This document shows positions 1-18,011 of a stretch of 64,000 nt of DNA, piece by piece. The translations under genes and the position numbers were made by a program. This DNA comes from Chrysomallon squamiferum (lineage: Eukaryota; Animalia; Mollusca). How positions within the stretch are numbered: the stretch's first letter is position 1; the number at the start of each line of letters is the position of its first letter. The notes under the pieces are model-generated. The model saw only the letters and a program-made list of their open reading frames with translations. It had not been told where the DNA came from and searched no databases. The stretch covers positions 16,802,001 to 16,866,000 of the forward strand of contig CM022671.1 of the NCBI GenBank assembly GCA_012295275.1. Reading direction: 5' to 3'.

Positions 1-73
1 ACATTTATGTATGGAATGGTTTAAATACATTTCACATCAGTATACCAAAAGTTATTTCTATAAAATAACCAGT

Positions 74-108
<35 letters not shown>

Positions 109-869
109 ATACATACACATAATTATGAGTTGTTGTTTCTTTTTAAAAGTTTATTAATTTTTTCTTCCATTTTTAAATGATTATTATTATTATTTTAACA
201 TTTAAATATTAAAATTTACATGAAAAACAAACTTGTACACATACAACTTGAAACAGTAAATTAAATAGTTTCCTTCTGTAAAATCTTAACATGAAAATCT
301 GTACAACTGATTTGCAGAAAACACATTTGCTTTACCCTTGTTTGTCAGAGATCAATGCATTTTTTTTTTTACATTACCTGATATACTGGTTGCTATATTA
401 ATGTCTTTAAATAATTTAAATAGCATAACTGTTTCATAACACAAAGGTAGTATACATCAGATTAGATCCATATTTTAAAAAAGTGGGTAGGATACAATTA
501 CTGAACAGATAAATTTTCAAAATAAAAGTTTTAATCATCAGGAGCAAACCAAACCAAAACTGAATCTGTATTGAAACATATCAATAACCTTTGGGTGGAT
601 ATATTCAAAAGGTAAATTGGAAGTTGGAGGATAAAAGAATTTAAATAATTTTTTTTTAGAAAATTAATAAATAAATAAAATAACACTGATAAAACAAGAT
701 TTTTTAAAATATTGTATTTCAGAATCTCAGTATTATAAAAGGGGTGATAAATATTACGTAAGTGATAAGTGTAATAAATACTTTTAACATTAACACATAT
801 GCTTTCTTTGCAACAGTATAAATTTCTAATTAATGCAATAAAGCAGGTATGAATGTAAAAACAAACAAG

Positions 870-1380
870 ATAATACTATTAATAGTACAATATATAATAA
901 TACTATCACACAATGATATAATACTGGTATTAAGTAACATTTTAAGCAAATTCTAAAAGCTGTTGACAGTAATAGAACATTAATAATACTATACAGATAA
1001 TACTATCACACTGATATAATACTGGTATTAAATTAATATATCAAGAAACTTCTAAAAGCTGTTTACAATAATAGAATATTAATAGTTCTATACAGATAAT
1101 ACTATCACACTGACATAATACTGGTATTAATTAAAATAGCAAGAAAATTCTAAAAGCTGTTTACAATAATAGAACATTAATAGTACTATATAGATAAACA
1201 AACAGATATATAGATAATACTATCATACTGATATAATACTGCTATTAATTAAAATATCAAGGAAATACTAAAAGTTGTTTATAGTAATAGAATATTAATA
1301 CTACTATATATATAATACTATCACACGATGATATAATACTGGTATTAACAAATACGTTAGGGAAATTCTGAAAGCTGTAC
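870..1380. repeat. About 100 bp degenerate tandem repeat, about 5 copies
   Basis: ATAATACTATCAC(A)..GATATAATACTGGTATTAA...CTAAAAGCTGTT recurs. Confidence 0.85.
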
Positions 1381-1797
1381 ATAAATGTAAAATAAAGAAC
1401 CTTTACAAAGGAAAAACTCTTTTAAGTGTAAAGAAGGGCAAAAAAAAACCCCAATACTTTATCACTTAAAATAACTGGAATAATTTCCAGTTTCAAATAC
1501 TATTAAAATGTAAATAAAATGCAATAAGAAATAATTTTATACAATAAAAATTTAAAAAACAAAAAAACCCAACAAAAGTTATGTATGTTTATAATAATAA
1601 TAATAATAATAATAAAAACTATTTAAAAATGTAAATGGTTAAAAATTAAAAATAAATACTGTGTTTGCATAAATTCATTTTTATAACCTATGAATAATAA
1701 ATAATGTGAAAGAAGTATAACACTACAGTGTTTATAATCTTTCTGAAATTTGAAAATATCACAGAGAAAGTTCACAAGTCAGTTAACAACAACTCAT

Positions 1798-5346
<3,549 letters not shown>

Positions 5347-5409
5347 TTCTGCTAACAAATTTGTTTCTCCAACTTTCCCGAATGGTCTTTCTATAATGAA
5401 CAGAAAGTG

Positions 5410-5432
5410 GTTGTCATAAGCGCCATAGCAAC
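5410..5432. promoter_or_regulatory. Candidate RFX X-box upstream of CFAP276
   Basis: GTTGTCATAAGCGCCATAGCAAC contains the strong half-site CCATAGCAAC plus a left half-site GTTGTCAT, about 65-85 bp upstream of the ATG of a ciliary gene. Confidence 0.55.
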
Positions 5433-6030
5433 GATCATATTGTTCACCCGAAGAACTTCGGCAAATTCCGGATCATTTTATGCCTGCAAATATTATAAAA
5501 TATAAACAAAATAAATATACTCTAAAGTATTAGAAATAAATTTTAAAATGCATTTATATTATAAAATAGGCAATTTAAAATAGAGATATTATTCCCTTTT
5601 AAACTTCTATCTTTACGGAGACAATCGAGTTTGGCCGTAAAATTGTTGATAGTTATATTCTACTAACTAAACGGATATTTTCGATTTAGTATCATTTTAC
5701 TGATGAATTCAATAATAATTTTTATTTTTATTCTAGGGCTGGGGGTGTTGTAATTTTTTAAAAAATTATTATTTATAACGTACCTCAGTTTCATTTAATT
5801 TTAGGATATATTAAAATGGAGATGAAGCACTGATGTTAAGTTTTTGATTTATTATTATTATTTTGTTTCATAAGGAGGCACTATTTTTATAGAATTTTCC
5901 TGTGTATATATTACTTTCATAATTTTAATCCAATATATTTTAGTATGTTTTAATTTCTTATATAAATTAGAACCTATATATATATTTTTTAAAAATCTTA
6001 TACCAGTTAAAATGAAGTCTTTATACTGGC

Positions 6031-6032
<2 letters not shown>

Positions 6033-6094
<62 letters not shown>

Positions 6095-6118
6095 TTATTA
6101 TTATTGTTGTTGTTGTTG
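6033..6118. repeat. (TTA)n(TTG)n microsatellite in the divergent promoter
   Basis: Direct inspection. Confidence 0.9.
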
Positions 6119-6384
6119 TAAACCAATAGATGTCGTTTGTAATAATAACTGTAACTGATCTCATAGAAAATCTTTTTCCTTAGAAAAGGTTAACGAGCAT
6201 GCGCAAAAATAAATGGGATTCTTGTTCTAAATTTAGTTGATTTTGGTGTACTTTTCATTTAGCCTGTAACCTGTGCACGTTGTTCAGTGGAGAAGCGATG
6301 TAAACATTATCTATATATTTTATTAATACAGTGACTGAATTTACAGCAGCGTGGTTCTCGTTTCAATTAACTGTATATTGCGGC

Positions 6385-6489
6385 ATGAACTCTCGATATT
6401 TTGTTATGGCATATGCCCATCTGTTCGTATTGCCGTTGGTATTAAAATTGGCTTATGTTTTCGGTGACAATCTCCCAACTTGTCAGCCG
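6385..6489 (+). CDS. ELAPOR1: ELAPOR exon 1 (signal peptide; alternative ATG at 6406)
   Basis: [35 protein letters not shown] | GTGAGT. Confidence 0.8.
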
Positions 6490-7885
6490 GTGAGTAATTT
6501 TCGAATATTGCATAGTTATTTACCTTAGATAAAGTAAAATGAATTAATACTTTCACCTACAAATTACACAGTAAATAATACTAGTAATAAAACTATGTAT
6601 CATTATATGCAAATGCTGAATAGTAAAATACTTTGAAGTTTGAGCCTGACAGTAACTGAGTAAGTCAACAAGAATCATCCACATACACCGATACAGAAGT
6701 CAGTGAGAAAACTGAAACAAATTAACAAATTGAAATATTTGCTTATTATATATATGTATACTTTTAAAAAGGTTATTTCTAAAGTAGCTGACATATTTAA
6801 GCGATCATCTTTATTAAATTTAATTATTTGCGACACAGCATAGCCAGGTAGCTAATTTTAACATTTTTTATGCACACTTCATTAACTGTCAAGAAGACTG
6901 ATATATTCATAATCATTTGCTACTGCAGCAACTAGCTGTGATATAATACTGTAGACTTGTGTAGTAGGAATACTATTGTCAACAGTTGGTCACGTAATGC
7001 CCTCCTCTGTGCGTCTGCAGCTGGTTAAATAACCAATTATCTTGCCTACAACTAAAATGACAGACATGGTATTTGTTTAAAGTGGAAGAAAACAAAACTT
7101 CTCAATTCATGAATTCAAAATGGACCACTTGACGTTGTCAAACTACATATCATTTTAATTAATTTCAGAAAAAAAAAAAAAAAAAATTAATAAAATAATA
7201 TTAATGTTGCTGGAAACATTAAAATAAAATGTAAAATACAAAAACTAAAATTTATAATTAAACCATAATTTTTTCCCCCTGTTTAATGGAAATGTATTTT
7301 TCTGTTTTTAATTTGAAAGCTTTTATAACCATGAGTACCAAAGATATAATATAGTGATTATTTAAAAATTAGGATGATATTTGATTATATAATGGTGTTA
7401 AACTTCAGTAGCTGTATTATATCCTTTAGCTGTAGTACAGTCCCAAACTATTAAAAAGTTACAAAATGTGAATGTTTATGCATTAGAAATCAGTTAATAT
7501 TAATAGTTCAACAATTATTAAATCTAGTATGAGGCATTTATATAAATATAAATATAAATATAAACAGACACACACACATACACTTTTACATAAACACAAA
7601 TATTTGTACATATATGTACAATCTAAATTTAAAATATATTTTTAAAATTAGTTTTGAATTAGCTTCTGTATTTTTTTAAATTTTTTTTTAATGGCTGTAA
7701 CACCATATGCATATATACAGAGATAAGATCAATGTCCCACCAAACTGACTAGTTTGAGATAAATACCACTGTCGTATCTTATTAATAATACACACAATAC
7801 ATTTAACAGTAAGTCCTGAGAGGTTATATGTATCTAGTTGTCAGTGATAAAGCTGTAGTTCCAAAAGCTATTACAGAAATATATC

Positions 7886-7919
<34 letters not shown>

Positions 7920-8867
7920 TTAAATTATTATTTTTTTTAACAATATAGTGAAGTATTGTATTTCCTCAGTGATAAGGCTTTACATTATAAATATATTATT
8001 ACAGAGAATTAAGAAAGCTATATATACATATATGTCTGTATAAACTTTTTATATTTAAAAATTGTTTGTTTTATATTTATTCACATTAGTGAAGCATATT
8101 TACATGAACTAATTACTAAATATATTTCTATACTTTAAATTGAATTCTGATATTAATGCAAAGTGAAATGCATTCTGGGCTACACTGACATAAAGAATAC
8201 GTTACACTTTTCAAAGAATTAATCTATTTTATAACTACTTTTGTACAACAAAGAAGAAAACAAAAATGTATATATTTTTTTTGTGAGCCTACAAATATAT
8301 ATATATATAGATAAAGTTACTTTTTATTGTTATTATTATTTTATTTATTTATTATTATTTTTTTTTTACTAGCAAATGTTCCTTGTAGAATATTTAATTC
8401 ATAAAAATTTAAGAAAAAAAATATCAAATGGGACTGGCAAATCATGAAGTTATTCAAAACTAATTTATATATATATATATGGTTGATTCCACATGTTAGT
8501 CCCTATCCAGTCTGCTTATTAAATGATTGTTTTAAATAAACAGTTTGTTTAATTTCAGAATGATTTCCATTATGAGTACACTGAATGTGATGCTAATGGA
8601 GGCCGATGGAGGGTGTCTGTTCCAACACCTAACAAATGTATAGGTGGTGCCCCAAATCCTCCAGTGAGAGGAAAACAGTGCAGTAAGTAACATTAACAGA
8701 GTCACTTTGATATTATAGTTAGTAATATCTAATGACAGATATATATTTATTAATTGAAGTAATAATATCTAAGAGTAGTAATGAAAGAATGGTATTTTCT
8801 CAACATAGGAAACAAACGTATTTTAAAAAAATATCAGTCTGAGATAAGCTAACACTTTTTTTTTTTA

Positions 8868-8908
<41 letters not shown>

Positions 8909-11900
8909 TAAACTGATCCCATTAAAAGGTTCTTTCAATTATATTTTTTTTTTTTTTTGTATCTGGAATATGTCTTTCTTTTATTACCATTCTTAAATAA
9001 CTGTTGTGAACAAAAATAGTTTTCTTGTTGAAAAATAAAGTTCTGTATTAAACAAAAAAACAAACCCTCTTTATATAAAACATCCAAGATTAATTAGAAC
9101 ATTTACTGTATTCTTAAATGTGTTCAGGAAAATGTGGATAGACTGTCATACAAGATAACAGTGTCATTACCTGTGAACTTTAAATTAATGGCTAATCTTC
9201 CAGTTTAAGTCTAGCCCTTTGTTAGCAGAACATTTACTCAGAATTATTTTGTTTTACTGTTAGTGAAGGAACAACAAAGTCTTTTAAAACTGAATAGACT
9301 TGTGTAAAATTAGTCAAAATTGTCAGATTAACCAGTTTTTTCCACACACAGCCATCACCTGAACTGAAAGACACACTTGCACACAGACACATGCAAATGA
9401 ATGCACAATGACAGTGTCCCCGTGACAGTAAACTGTGAAAAAAAACAGTATCGCTTGAATTGTTGTGTGTGAATCTGCAGTTTACAATACAGTTCATTTC
9501 ATGAAAGAAACATGCTGATATATATTATATTGATTGTTTGTGAAACCAAAAAATACTGTTGTTAATAATTGTGTTTGTATTGTTTCTATAGAAATATGCC
9601 TGCAGGGAAGGTAAAAGTGTACAGAGAATAAAACAGCATTATAGAAGCAATTACAAAGTTTCATGGTTAATTATTCCTTTTTAATATTTTAATATCTTAG
9701 GTGTTGTTATACATTTCATTTATTAATTCATTCATTCATAAATTATTAAAAAAAACGTTCAGTACCAAAGTTTTACATCTGTTTTTAAAAATGATAAAAT
9801 AAAATCACAAAATAGACTAGTAATTTTATCATTAAAAAAAAGTAAACTGAATGCTGTTGTGGAACACACCAGATATGTCACTTTTAAAATAATACAGTTC
9901 TTTAATGAGGCTATTAGATATTATATCCTTTTGTTATGAGACAAAATGTCAGTAAAATGAATAATGATATGACACATCAAAGCTTGATTTATAATAATAT
10001 ATTTCTTTAATACAAAATTATCAGTACCAAAGTTCTGCTTCTGTCAGATTTTAAATATAATAAAATATAATATTTTAATAGAGTGATTAGATGTAATGTG
10101 ACTTGAGAATTCTGCTTTCTGTTAAAACAAAATATCAATAAAATTAACAATGATACGAGAATCAAATATGTCATTTGAAAGCTTCTTTAATCTGGTTATT
10201 AGATACAATATGATTGTTGAGAATGCTGCAGTCTATTAAGACAAAAACATCAATAAAATGGATGGTACTGCAACACACAATAATATAATTCTTTGACCAG
10301 ATATGATTCTTGAGAATGTTGTTTTCTATTAAGGCAAAATATCAATAAAATGAATTATGATATGAGGCATCAAATATGTCAGTTTTAAACCTTCTTTAAT
10401 CAGGTCATTAGATTTAATATGATTGTTGAGCATGCCGCTTTGCTATGTAAACAAAATATCTGAGTAAAATGCTTTAATCATGTGTTTAGATATAATGGCT
10501 ACTGAGAATTCTGCTTTACTGTTGGACAAAATGTCGATAAAATGAATGATGTGACACAACAAATATGTTAGTGTTAACATTCTTTAATATGGTGGTTAGA
10601 TATAATATGATTGGTGAGAATGCTTCAGTCTGTTAAGAAAAAATATTAATAAAATGAAAGATATGACACACCAAATATGTCCGTTTTAAACCTTCTTGAA
10701 TCAGATTCATAGAAATAATATGATTGTTGAGAATGCTGCAGTCCATTATCACTAAAATGAATGATGATGTGACACATCAAATATGTTAGTTTTAATAATT
10801 CTTTAATCAGGTTTTTATATATATAATATGATTGTTGAGAACACTTTGCTCTAATAAGACAAAAATATCAATAAAATAAATGGTACTATGACAGACAATA
10901 AGGTAATTCTTCGACCAGTTATGATTCTTGAGAATGGTGTTTTCTATTAAGGCGAAATATCAATAAAATGAATGATGATATGAGACATCAAATAACTCAT
11001 TTTTAAACCTTCTTTAATCAGGTTATTATTTGTAATATGATTGTTAACAATGCTGCAGTGTATTAAGACAAAAATATCAATAAAATGAATAGTATTATCA
11101 CATATCAAGTTATACTATTTTAAAATAAAATGATTCTTTAATCAGGTGATTAGATGTAATATGATTGTTGAGAATACTGCTTTGCTGTTAGACAAAATAT
11201 CAATAAAATGAATGATCAAATAAGTATATTAGTTTTAATAATTCTGTAATAGGGTGATTAGATACAGCTGTTGAGAATGCTCCTTTCTGTTCAAGACAAA
11301 ATATCAATAAAATGAATGGTGTTATTGCACATCAAGTATGCTAGTTTTAAATAATATGATTCTTTAATCAGGTGATTAGATGTAATATGATTGCTGAACA
11401 TGCTTCAGTGCTGACAGACAAGGTAAAATGTCAGTAGATTAATGATAAACAATACAGTAGGTTGTTGACATCATGGATATAGTTGCATGTTTGAGTATTG
11501 ATGTTTCTGATAACCATGGCCCTTCTTACAAAAACAAACACCACCATTTTACTTTACACTTAAGATTTCTTAATCTTACATAACTAAATTTTATATTTAA
11601 TTATTACATTCTGTAAAGTAATATATTCTTATAATGCAATAATTAAATATATAAAGTTGATGTATGTATATTTGTAAAATAATCCTTTCAGTTGAGAATA
11701 TGGAAAATGGGTGTAATAAAAAACCAGCTATGTCTGAAAAACAATAATAATTAAATAAAATGAAACATTTGTTTTCAACAAACTTTACACTACAGTTTGC
11801 CATTAACACATTTCTAGTTATTGTAAAATTATACTGAATAAAATTTGAATACATCTGATGGTAAATTAATTGCCTTGGGAAATTCAGAATTTAATGGTAG

Positions 11901-12475
11901 TCCTGAATTACCAACATGTACTGGCAAAAGCAGTTGTTCTTAACATTCATCATTATATTATTTATTTAAAACCATTCCATAATTTGATATTAAAATGGTG
12001 AAAAACAAACAAGTGACAATTATACAGTACCAGAAGATGAATCATTAATAACAAAATGTTGGTTATTTAAAGCAAACAAAGGAAATATAGAAAATTTCTA
12101 GATTATAGATCCTTCATCGCAGCAAAGTGTAAGTTAAATGTATAATTTTGAAAATGACAAACTAAAGGTCACAGATAAATATAGAAAGACCAAGTAAATG
12201 TGTGTGTGTGTGAGACCATATACTGTTAATCAGAAAATTACATCCATGGTTTATTTCTGGGGACTGTTTGTCTTCTGCTTTTTTGTTTGTTTTTTGCTTG
12301 TTGTATGAGTGTTTGTGTGTGTGTGTTTATATTAGAATAATATGACTATTTAAATGTTGGTAAGTTTAGAATCTATTTATTAACAAACAAAAATTCTTAT
12401 CAGTGTATTCTTTGTACTGGGATGTTATAAGAAATTTAATTGTTGATACATTTAGAATCAGTTTATTGAGACATT

Positions 12476-12540
<65 letters not shown>

Positions 12541-15500
12541 AACATTATTTCAGCTTTCAAATGCAGTGAGGGGGAATTCCTGGATTTGAATGGAGATCAG
12601 GAATGCAAACCTTGTCCGGCAGGGACCTACTCTCTCGGGGGTGGGGTCCGCTTTGACGACTGGGATCATCTGCCAAGTGGATTCATTGTCAGCTCAGAAG
12701 GATTTGAAAACAGTTTTGGATACCACTTTGAATCAAATACTGTTGTCAACTGCAGTTTGTAAGTCAAATTTTAATACTTACCTTTAAGAAAATAATTAGT
12801 ATTTTTTTTATCTGTAATTATCTGATACTGGTTTATGTACATACATTTATACATATACCCAGCTAGAGCATTCATCTGGCACAAAATGGCATAAAACACG
12901 CACACACACACACACACACACATACATACACAAGTGCATAAAGCACATACAATTTGTCTTTGTTGGCTACACTGTTTTTCATATCCATCATGAAACTAAC
13001 ATTTTCAGTATTGTTGTATAAATCTCATACTGAAACACAACCAGGGTGCATCTTGAATTTGATTTAAAAAATAAAGACTCTTCCTTGATGTGAATTAGAC
13101 CTGAGAAAGATTAATGATCATTTGGTAAATTCATTATATTCAGGGTATTTGATATTTGGTGTGTGGTTTTTTGTTTCTTGCCTGGGTCAAACATCAGATT
13201 TATGCAAGTAAACTAGAGTATGTGATAATTTTTTGGTATCTGTTATGTATGTACATGTGGGTTTTGATATAATCAGTAACTCAGATTTCTGATTCATTTA
13301 ACAGTTTTTACATTAATTGTAAAATAAACCAAAACAGTTTTTCTGATCTTGTATAACAGATAGTTTCAAAATTAGAAGCCCAGTTTCATGAAGTTTTCAG
13401 TTTCAAGATCTTCATGTTCATATGATAGTTTAAACACTTAAGTTTTTGGACAGTTAAATAAAGACAACTATGGTAACCATTTATTATGTGTTTTATTCCT
13501 TCTTCATGAAAAAAAACCAAGCACCAGAAAATGTTGTTTACACTTAAAGTAATATTGCTAATGAAATTGTGATAAACTGAGTTTGTTGTGACATTATTGA
13601 GTTAGTTTATTTTTTAGGGAAAAAAACATTGGTTATAATTTACTTAGTAAATGTTAAAGACAGTACAAACATGATAATGCCATTTAGAATACAGTGAGTC
13701 ACATAACTCGTTTTTTTTTTTGTTTTTTTAACATGTGGCAATTTACAAAATCCTGTGGGTAATAAAATAAGTGTTTGTCCACACAGTTGTACAACAAAAC
13801 ATAATATCACTGACCTGACATGAACTACATTTATTTGCTCATTATTGATTTAGCTATGGATTTGCACTGCAGTCAACCTATTGCTTTTATTCAGTAGGTT
13901 ACACAAGAACATTTTTGTATCTGTGTATGTATTAGAGAGCTGTACAACAGGGTTCTTTATATCTTGAATTTGTATTACATCAGGTGTAATTAATAAACAA
14001 ATTGTGGACTTCTTTGTGTGTTTATTTGAGCTGTTTATTTCAGTGTTGTAGCTGCAATAAACATTTCTACTGTGCTTATCTGTTGAGTACAAAAACAGTT
14101 ATATAATACAGTTCTTCACTTCTGATGTATCTATACACTAATATGCCACAGAGTATAGTATTAAAAAGAATATTTGTAAATAAATATATCAGAATATGTC
14201 TTAAGACTGAATATCACATGATATAGAGAAAATGAATGACTGAATGAATGTTTTTATCCAGCATGAAAAACAGATCAGCATCTTGGAGTCAGACAGACGT
14301 AAGAAAATGATTCATATAAAATTAAAGAGCTAATTTAGAGAGAAATGCTGCTCTCCATGGCTTGAAGAATTAGTTTTTGACAGCATAGCTTTTATTTAAC
14401 CCATCTCTCACAACTCTTTCCAATTGCAGGCAGCATCCCATGTTTGTTTTTATCAAATGCTTGTTTTTGGTTTCTTATAGAATAGTTTGATTATAGAATG
14501 CGTTAAAGCGTAATAAAATGATTATTCAAGCATTTGTTTTTATTAATGATTAATGATTTCAGGTATTAATTTTAATTCTGACACTGTGATGTGGAATTTA
14601 TTATTATTTTGGTTTCCTTTTTGAACAAAATTGTTCATAAATATTTACATTATGTTTGGGGGTGATCAATATGGAAATTACACACATAAAACTGAAAGTG
14701 TATTAGGTTCTGTTTTTTTTTTTGTTTTTTTTTTTAATTATCTGGAGAATATAAAAAATAAATAGTCTCATTATGTTAATGTTATTAAAAAACTATGTGT
14801 ATGAATCAGTACCTTAACTGATTTGTAGATTTTCTGATGATATGAATACACAAGTTAACCCTCTGAATCCCAAATTCCATACATACAAGTAATCCACAAA
14901 TTTCACACACTTGATCTAAAGGTGAGGATTAAATTTAATGTTCACTAGATCATGTGGGTGATCCCACTGAACAAGCTTCAAGAAGGTGTGGCTGGACACA
15001 AATGCAGACAGACCCCAGGGTGAAGAGATCATGATCTTCATGGACTAGATGTTGTCTAAGACCTGGGTGGATGTTCCCTGAACAGGACAAACTTTGTATG
15101 GAATCACTTTCTAAACAACAAAGAATCACCTTGAAAGGTTGCTTAACAAGTTCCATTCCTTTATCACAAGTCATCCCTTCCAAACATTCACCAGTTCATC
15201 TGTTTGGCCAAGCATGAACCATATCAAATGGAAGTGAAATTGGCACGGCAGGAAGGACGCCCATGGAAACCTCATGGGAAATGGAAGTATGTGTCCATTG
15301 GTCAACAAATAAAAAGAGAAAAGGACAAACTGATGAATTGTGACAAGTCTGTGGATTCAGTCATCCATATTCTGGGTGAGCTGCAGTGAATGACATTATC
15401 AAATTGACAGACACTGAATGACGTCATCAAGCAGAAACTAGTAGACTGTAAATGACAGTAAATGACAAACTAATGCTGTTGAATGGTGTTATCAAAAATG

Positions 15501-15921
15501 ATGGGCTTCATCAGCTGTCATAGATGCTCTAAAGGAATAAATGTCATACAGTTGGAATGTTAAATAATTTTTTTTCCTTTGGCCCATCTTTTTTGAGACT
15601 GCAATCACCCAGCTTATTATGTAATTTCAGATTGATCCAGTACACTCTTATAATCCACTACAAGGTTTGAAATGAACTCATCCAACTTCCCAGATAGTGT
15701 GAAAGGCTGTTACATTATTCCCAGTTGATGTAATAACATTTTAATCCATGCTTATTTTTTTAGATCAAGTGGGAAGACATCTATCTAATGCACACCCTCA
15801 GATCCCCAGGCAAAATGGCTGAAATTTGAAATATCCATTTTTTTTGGTCTCTACTAACTGATTGCCTGAATATCTAATGATCATGCCATTAATAATTTTT
15901 AAAAAGAAGAAATTAATGGCA

Positions 15922-15956
<35 letters not shown>

Positions 15957-17525
15957 ATTTTTATTTGGTTGTTTTAGTTAAAATTTTAACCACTCTGATT
16001 CAAAGGTTTAGTTGGAATGATTTTTATTTAACACTTGTAAAAGAAGACACATGTAGTGTCACTGTGACAGCAGCTTCAGTTAATTCTCTAGAATTAGAAA
16101 TGACAACAATACCTCCGTGCTTGAGAAGAACAGCTTATGTCAGACTGACATGCAATACCAGAAAACCTTTGTAGACAGGCAGAGAGTCTTTTTTACCTTC
16201 ACACTAATTTCATTGTTTTGCCAGACGTGCTTGATAGCTCCCAGCCATCTGTTGCACTCCCAGAATTAACTTGTTACCACACATCTAGTCTCTATTAGAA
16301 ATTAAAAATAGAGCTGTAGATATTTTGTTTATATTTTGTAAATTTTTTGTGTTAATGTAAATGTATAATTTGAAATAGTAGATAAAAAAAACCCTGTCTT
16401 TGTGAATGTTGATTGTAAATGTATAATTTGTAACAGATAATAACAAGACTTCTTCATTTTGAAATTGTCTTTGTAAGTGTTTATTGTAAATGTATAATCT
16501 GTAACAGGAGTTAGAATAGAAAAAGAGAGAAATGTTTTGAAACTAACTTTATGGATTAAAGTTTCAAATGTATATTTATTTTTATAAAATTATTACTATT
16601 ATTTTATTTATTTATTTATTTTTAATTTGAGATAAAATAGAAAGTAATTTATATATGTTCTAAATTAAATTTATTAACAAAAATTTAAAAAAGTATAATT
16701 TTTAATTTGAGAAAAAATAGGAAGGACTATCTAAATTTTTGAAACTGGCTCTGTAAATGCCGGTTTCTAAATACCTAATTTTTAATCAGGGATATAAAAA
16801 AAACAATAAAAAAACCACAGCACATATTTTGAAACTGACTTCATTAATTAGATTCTAGCAGTTAATGCACTGGTTCTTCTTTTTACTGGCTGTTTGGTCA
16901 TATAACCATAGCAAGCAGATGCTGCAAGTAATTATGTGCATCACTGTTAATCAGTTCTGCTGAAATTCTGCGTCGTCTCATGATTGTATGTAATTTTTAC
17001 TGCCCACTTGTTAATCTGCTTCCAGTTAACCAAGTTTAGAAGAGAAAAAAACCTGTGATGGTCGTAACATAACACGATCAACATGCATGTTATCAAATTC
17101 TCTTCACACTCTCGTACTGCAGGCTGTGTTGTGTCTGAGCTATTAACTAAGATTTCAAATACTCATCTGTCATTTTTGTCTGTGTTATAACACACTCTTC
17201 AAAAGATCTGGTTCAAGTCTTGTGTATTGATTTAAACAACCGGTGGATTTTTTTTTTGGTTTTTTTCTGACATTATTTTCAGTACAGAGGAGAGGCTGTC
17301 TAATAAATTACTTAGACTTTATTTGAAATTTCTAACTAAGAGCTCTTCTTTTTTTTTTTCCCACATCCAGCACTGAAAACAAACTCGAGGAATAACAAAG
17401 CTGAAGAAATTAGGGGAAAAAAAAAAATTTACTTGACAAAAATTGTTTTATGTAATTAAGAGGTGTTTTTTTTTGTTTTGTTTTTTTGTCTTCTGAGAAG
17501 TTTTTTTATTTTTTATTTATTTATT

Positions 17526-17567
<42 letters not shown>

Positions 17568-17968
17568 TTTCTCTGTTGGTTATGGATGGTTATATGGATC
17601 AGAAAGGGAATGTTTGTTACATACATATCTTAAATTCAGTTTGAAAAATGTTTGGCATTTACTTATAAATGTCAGATATGTAATTATATTGGTATCAGCT
17701 GCATTGAATCCTTCTCGCATGTACCAGAAAACAGACTGTCATATGTTACATAGGAAGTATGGTTATGTTGTAAATTCATTGAATTGTTCACATACATACA
17801 TACACTTGCACACACAAACACTATGAACATATTCTCAAGTTACTTTTGACATAATTGTTTGGGTTGTTGTTGGGTTTTTTTTGTTTTTTGTAAATATTAT
17901 AACAGGCACACCACATACACATTTACATGCTTCTTTATCATACTTCTGTTTTCATAAGCATTAATTCT

Positions 17969-18011
<43 letters not shown>

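Larger units (their letters stand above)
5347..6384. promoter_or_regulatory. Divergent (likely bidirectional) promoter region between CFAP276 and ELAPOR
   Basis: About 1.04 kb between opposing start codons; more CpG than the introns; NRF1-like GCATGCGCA at 6197-6205. Confidence 0.6.

Noticed and set aside
14950-15900. Less AT-rich intronic stretch with short ORFs
   Set aside because: No recognisable domain, termini or in-phase splice sites; possibly a decayed transposon, but this cannot be supported from the sequence alone.
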